A DNA stretch of 64,000 bases from Raillietiella orientalis (Eukaryota). Made by a program: the position numbers and the translations under genes. The stretch is from the NCBI GenBank assembly GCA_036172245.1, contig JAYWIR010000002.1:496001-560000 (forward strand), in the 5' to 3' direction. Below the pieces are notes generated by a model. It searched no databases. It saw nothing but the letters and a program-made list of their open reading frames with translations, and had not been told where the DNA came from. Shown piece after piece: positions 60,401-64,000 of the stretch. Numbering within the stretch: the stretch's first letter is position 1; each line of letters opens with the position of its first letter.

Positions 60401-63400
60401 CGAGCCCCGAAGTGATGACCTCCAGCTCGTAGGCGACCCCCGGGAGCGGTTTGCGTGCCACTGGAACTCTCAGTCTAGCTGGCGGAGAAGTCCGTAGGCG
60501 AGCTCGCGAGAGTGGGGATGGGCTTGCCGGAGCCTGCTGGAGGAGGGGTCACAAGGACAGGAAGGAGCTCGTGGAGGGACCAGCCCCCGCTTAACATGGC
60601 ACCCAAAGGCGAAAGGATAAAAGAGCGCTTGGCTGCATGGCAACGGTGTCCGTTCCCGGCTGTCTTTCACTCCCCCCACTAGACGAAAGGATGGTCTGCC
60701 CCTCAGCAAGTGAAGCGAACGTGCTCTAGGACACTTCCATCCCCGAGCTTTCACGGAAGATGCCCCTGAGAATTCGAAGATTCGGCTTAGAGAAAAGACC
60801 GCAATGTCCACCACGGACACCGTGGAAGCCACGGCCAACGATGTGCCTGTGGAGACCTCGACGACTGGTATGCAGGGGGCTCTGCGAGCACCGTGAGAGC
60901 ACATGTCGCGTTGTTCTCGGGGACATCGGAAGCCACCCTCGGAAGTGAAGAGGAATGGACAGAGACTCCGGAACACGTCCCAAGGGAAAAGCGCAAAGGG
61001 GCGCCGTCCAGAAAGGAGCAACGGGGAGGTGAGAAAGCTATTCCTTCCTTCATGCGTCTGAGGATCGCAGGCGGTGCACAACAGGGAGTCTCCTTTGGAA
61101 GGAGAGGGAGCAAGGGACCTTTGAGATCAACAGGAAGAGCAACTCCATTAAGGTTTCCCTTCAGGAAAGAACCTCCCCCTTCCTAGACACTGGGAGAGGA
61201 AACTGCCACCCTTCTCTGTAGCCGATGGAGAGCAGTCGACGTTTGAGAGGGCAGGAGGCGCAGGCGCAGAGGGGGGGAAGGTGCCCGTGTTTCCTTCCAA
61301 ACGGATTGCGAAAAGCATCCCCGCTTGGTCCACGGGAAGCAGAGATCTGAACAACCTCAAAGAGGCAGTGGCGTGAGTGCGTGTGGCTTCTGATTCTAGG
61401 AAAAAGTGGGTCGGGGGGAGGAGAAGGAAGCAAAGTGCGTAAGGGGGGGAGAGAGAAAAGGAGAGAGAGGATGGGGAGCTCGGTCAAGCCTCTCAGAAAC
61501 GCTTGATCAGGAGTTCTCACGGGAAGGAGAAGACCCGCGCCTCCTCACCATGGGAACGGCGGCGATTCGCCGGCGCCTATTTGGTGCTGCGCCAAACAGA
61601 TGGGCTGCTGGAGGCGGACGATGGTGAGGAAGAAGTCGCGGATCCTACTGAGGGTTCCAGAACGCCTGAGAAGCAGAAGGAGAGCGATGCGCCTGTTCCA
61701 AGAAGACCAAAAAGATGCTTTTCCTCAGACGACATCTCGGCTCTGCAGCCATCCAGGAAGGCACTCTCCCAGTCCAGGAAATTACGCAAGGTTCCCCTCA
61801 AAGCATCTCTTCGCTCAACGCTTACCGTCATAGGCGGCGGTCGAAGGGCAGCGTCTGAGAAATGAGGTGGGAGGTAGGGGATAGAGGGGAGAGGAAGAAT
61901 GGAAAAGAAGACTACCATCTTGAAAGGAGGAGGAACCCTCACAATGGTCCCTGAAAAGGCAACTGCTACTACGGAAGGGATTCTTCACCGTGGCGCCGCG
62001 GCACCTGCCACGCAGTCAGGTGTCTTCCGCTAACGATCCTGCAGCGTCATGTGTCCTCGGGAATTCGGAGCGTGATACCATAGCAACGCGGGGAGGAGGC
62101 ACTTCGATTCGGTGCCATCTCTCTCTCTCTCCTCCCCTTCTCTCATAGGGACGTCAAATCCTCTGGTAGTCCGAGCCTCTCCCTCCTCCGAAATCGATTA
62201 ATCCAAATCGAGGTCTTCCTTCGAGGCAGAAAGAGCGCCTGCTCACGACCACGGACCTCCCTCTTTGAGAGAGGGCGCTTCCTCGCGCGTGTCGAGCGAG
62301 CGCGGCGGCGGCAGCGGCGGAAGGGCTTCTCAAGGAAGAACGACGCTCTTCCCGGGATGAATCCCTAGCCGCTGCAGACGCCCTCGCCAGCAGGAGGAAG
62401 AAACGGGAGCTTTCGTCTGAGAGGTGTGGGGGGGGGGAGAAAAAGTGCAGAGAGGGGAGGAGGAGGAGGCGCTCTTGTCGATGGCTCATGTCGCAGAGAG
62501 AGAGGTCGAGGACCTTAGGCTGCTTCGGAGAAGAAGGGGGACGCTCCCCACCGCTTCCTCTTTCCCTCAACCCCCATTCTCTCGGAGCCTTCCAGACTCA
62601 GCATTCCGTTCCTACATTCGGGGTCCCGAAGCGTCGGCCGTGAAGCCTCGGGGAAAGCAGACGGGGATAGGAAAGGGATCGGGCGGGTTGCCTCGAATTC
62701 CCAGGGGAATGTCCTCTTTCGATATTTTTCCTCCTCTGCTCCTGCAGTGTTATCCGAAGGCCCCCGCGGGGAGGTCGGGTTTCACCGCAGCTCTCATCAA
62801 CCTCGCGCGGAAGATCGGGCCACACCCGAAATAGCTGCACCATAAAATCTCGATCTCCTCTCTGCAGGTATCTCCGCGGGCGCCCACGGAAAGGATCTTC
62901 GCACGGGCGGGGCAGCCTCGGAAAGGAGAAGCTGATCGAAGGCTCACGAAACGGGGAAGGAGGAGGAGGAGGAGGTGGGAGGCAACCAAGAAAAATAGAA
63001 GGAAGAAGAAAAAAATAAAGTAAAAAGAAGAGCAAGTTGTTCGCAGAGTGCGGAGGTGATGGTGGTGGATGCGAGCCCGTGCATCGGTCCTCGGAAAGAG
63101 TGCGCACGCGCCTTTAGGAGGAGAGGGGCTTACGAAAGACTCGGAGCCGCCACCAGAGCCTCCTTGCGGCGCCGTCTCCCGCAGTGCTCTCTACACGCGC
63201 GCACGGGAGCGTCCAATGTGTCGCGCAGGATCGCTTTCCTTGCTCCCGGAACTTTCATCTTTTCACTTGCCTCGTTCCCGAAATTCCCTCCCATCTCCTC
63301 CTACCTCCTTGCTCTCTTCTTCCTTTCCATTTGTGGCACCATGATGGGGTGCCGAGGAGGAGAGAAACCGGGGCTTTTGAGGACTCGAGCTCGAGTCCTG

Positions 63401-64000
63401 AGAAGGGAAACGGGGGAGAATTCAGGTGGACCTTTAGCGGCGGCGGCACAGCACTCACGCCGCGTTCGCCAACCCTTTTACCACTCCCTTCTCACCCTTG
63501 TTTTCTCCCAAGACCCACCCCCGGTTTCCCCGGCCCTAGGAGGCTTTGGAGGTAGCTGAGACTGCGAGGTGGTAATCGGTGTGCAAAGCAAAGCACGCAC
63601 GCCAAAGGTCAAACCCCAAATCTGTCTCTGGAGGAAGGCGCGATTACCAGCCGCTCCCCAGAACCTTCATTTTTCTTAGAGGGGTGTAAGGGGAACGGAG
63701 AAGAGAGAATAAGGATAGTAGGGGGGGGGGGGCAGGAGGGATAGTAGGAGAGTCCCCTGGATTCTCCCGACAGAAAAAAAAACGAGAGAGCAAGGGTCTC
63801 TTTGCCGGGACGCCGCTCGGCTCTCGAGCGTCCACGGAAAGGGCTGAGAACCTCGAGGCGTGAGGACGGAAACCGCTACCTGCCGCCCCCTAGGAGCACG
63901 TGCGTCTTTGAGGTGCTCTCTCAAGAAAAGCCGTTGGGAACGGTGCTCACGCAGGGGCAAGCGGAGGAGGCAGCCCGTTGCTTTTCCCTCGTCGCCGTCA

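Overview
Eukaryotic, probably invertebrate (arthropod-like, inferred) genomic DNA with three zones. (1) ~1-41,250: no host gene found, but a dense field of decayed transposable elements. Most are L1/Tx1-type non-LTR retrotransposon ORF2 relics (endonuclease, RT and Cys/His C-terminal motifs, all frameshifted); there are also probable piggyBac and MULE transposase relics and a degenerate 28S rRNA fragment abutting an RT fragment. (2) One clear host gene on the minus strand, a hamlet/EVI1(MECOM)/PRDM16/EGL-43-family zinc-finger factor: CDS join(43308..41998, 41878..41765), about 474 aa, with a 17-Ala tract, a PLDLS CtBP motif, three C2H2 fingers and an acidic tail, but no PR domain or N-terminal finger cluster visible in the window. 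(3) ~43,350-64,000: GC- and purine-tract-rich upstream or intronic DNA with a few TE scraps (Tx1 5' half, BEL/Pao, Gypsy), a 102-bp hairpin MITE candidate, and clustered Su(H)-like and Hox/Exd-like motifs. The most unusual signal is that three copies of one Tx1-like family share a conserved 3' terminus and each abuts, in antisense, the RT motif-A region of another non-LTR element, suggesting a retroelement that targets other elements' RT genes. All TE calls come from by-eye translation of degenerate sequence; boundaries are approximate and no database searches were run.
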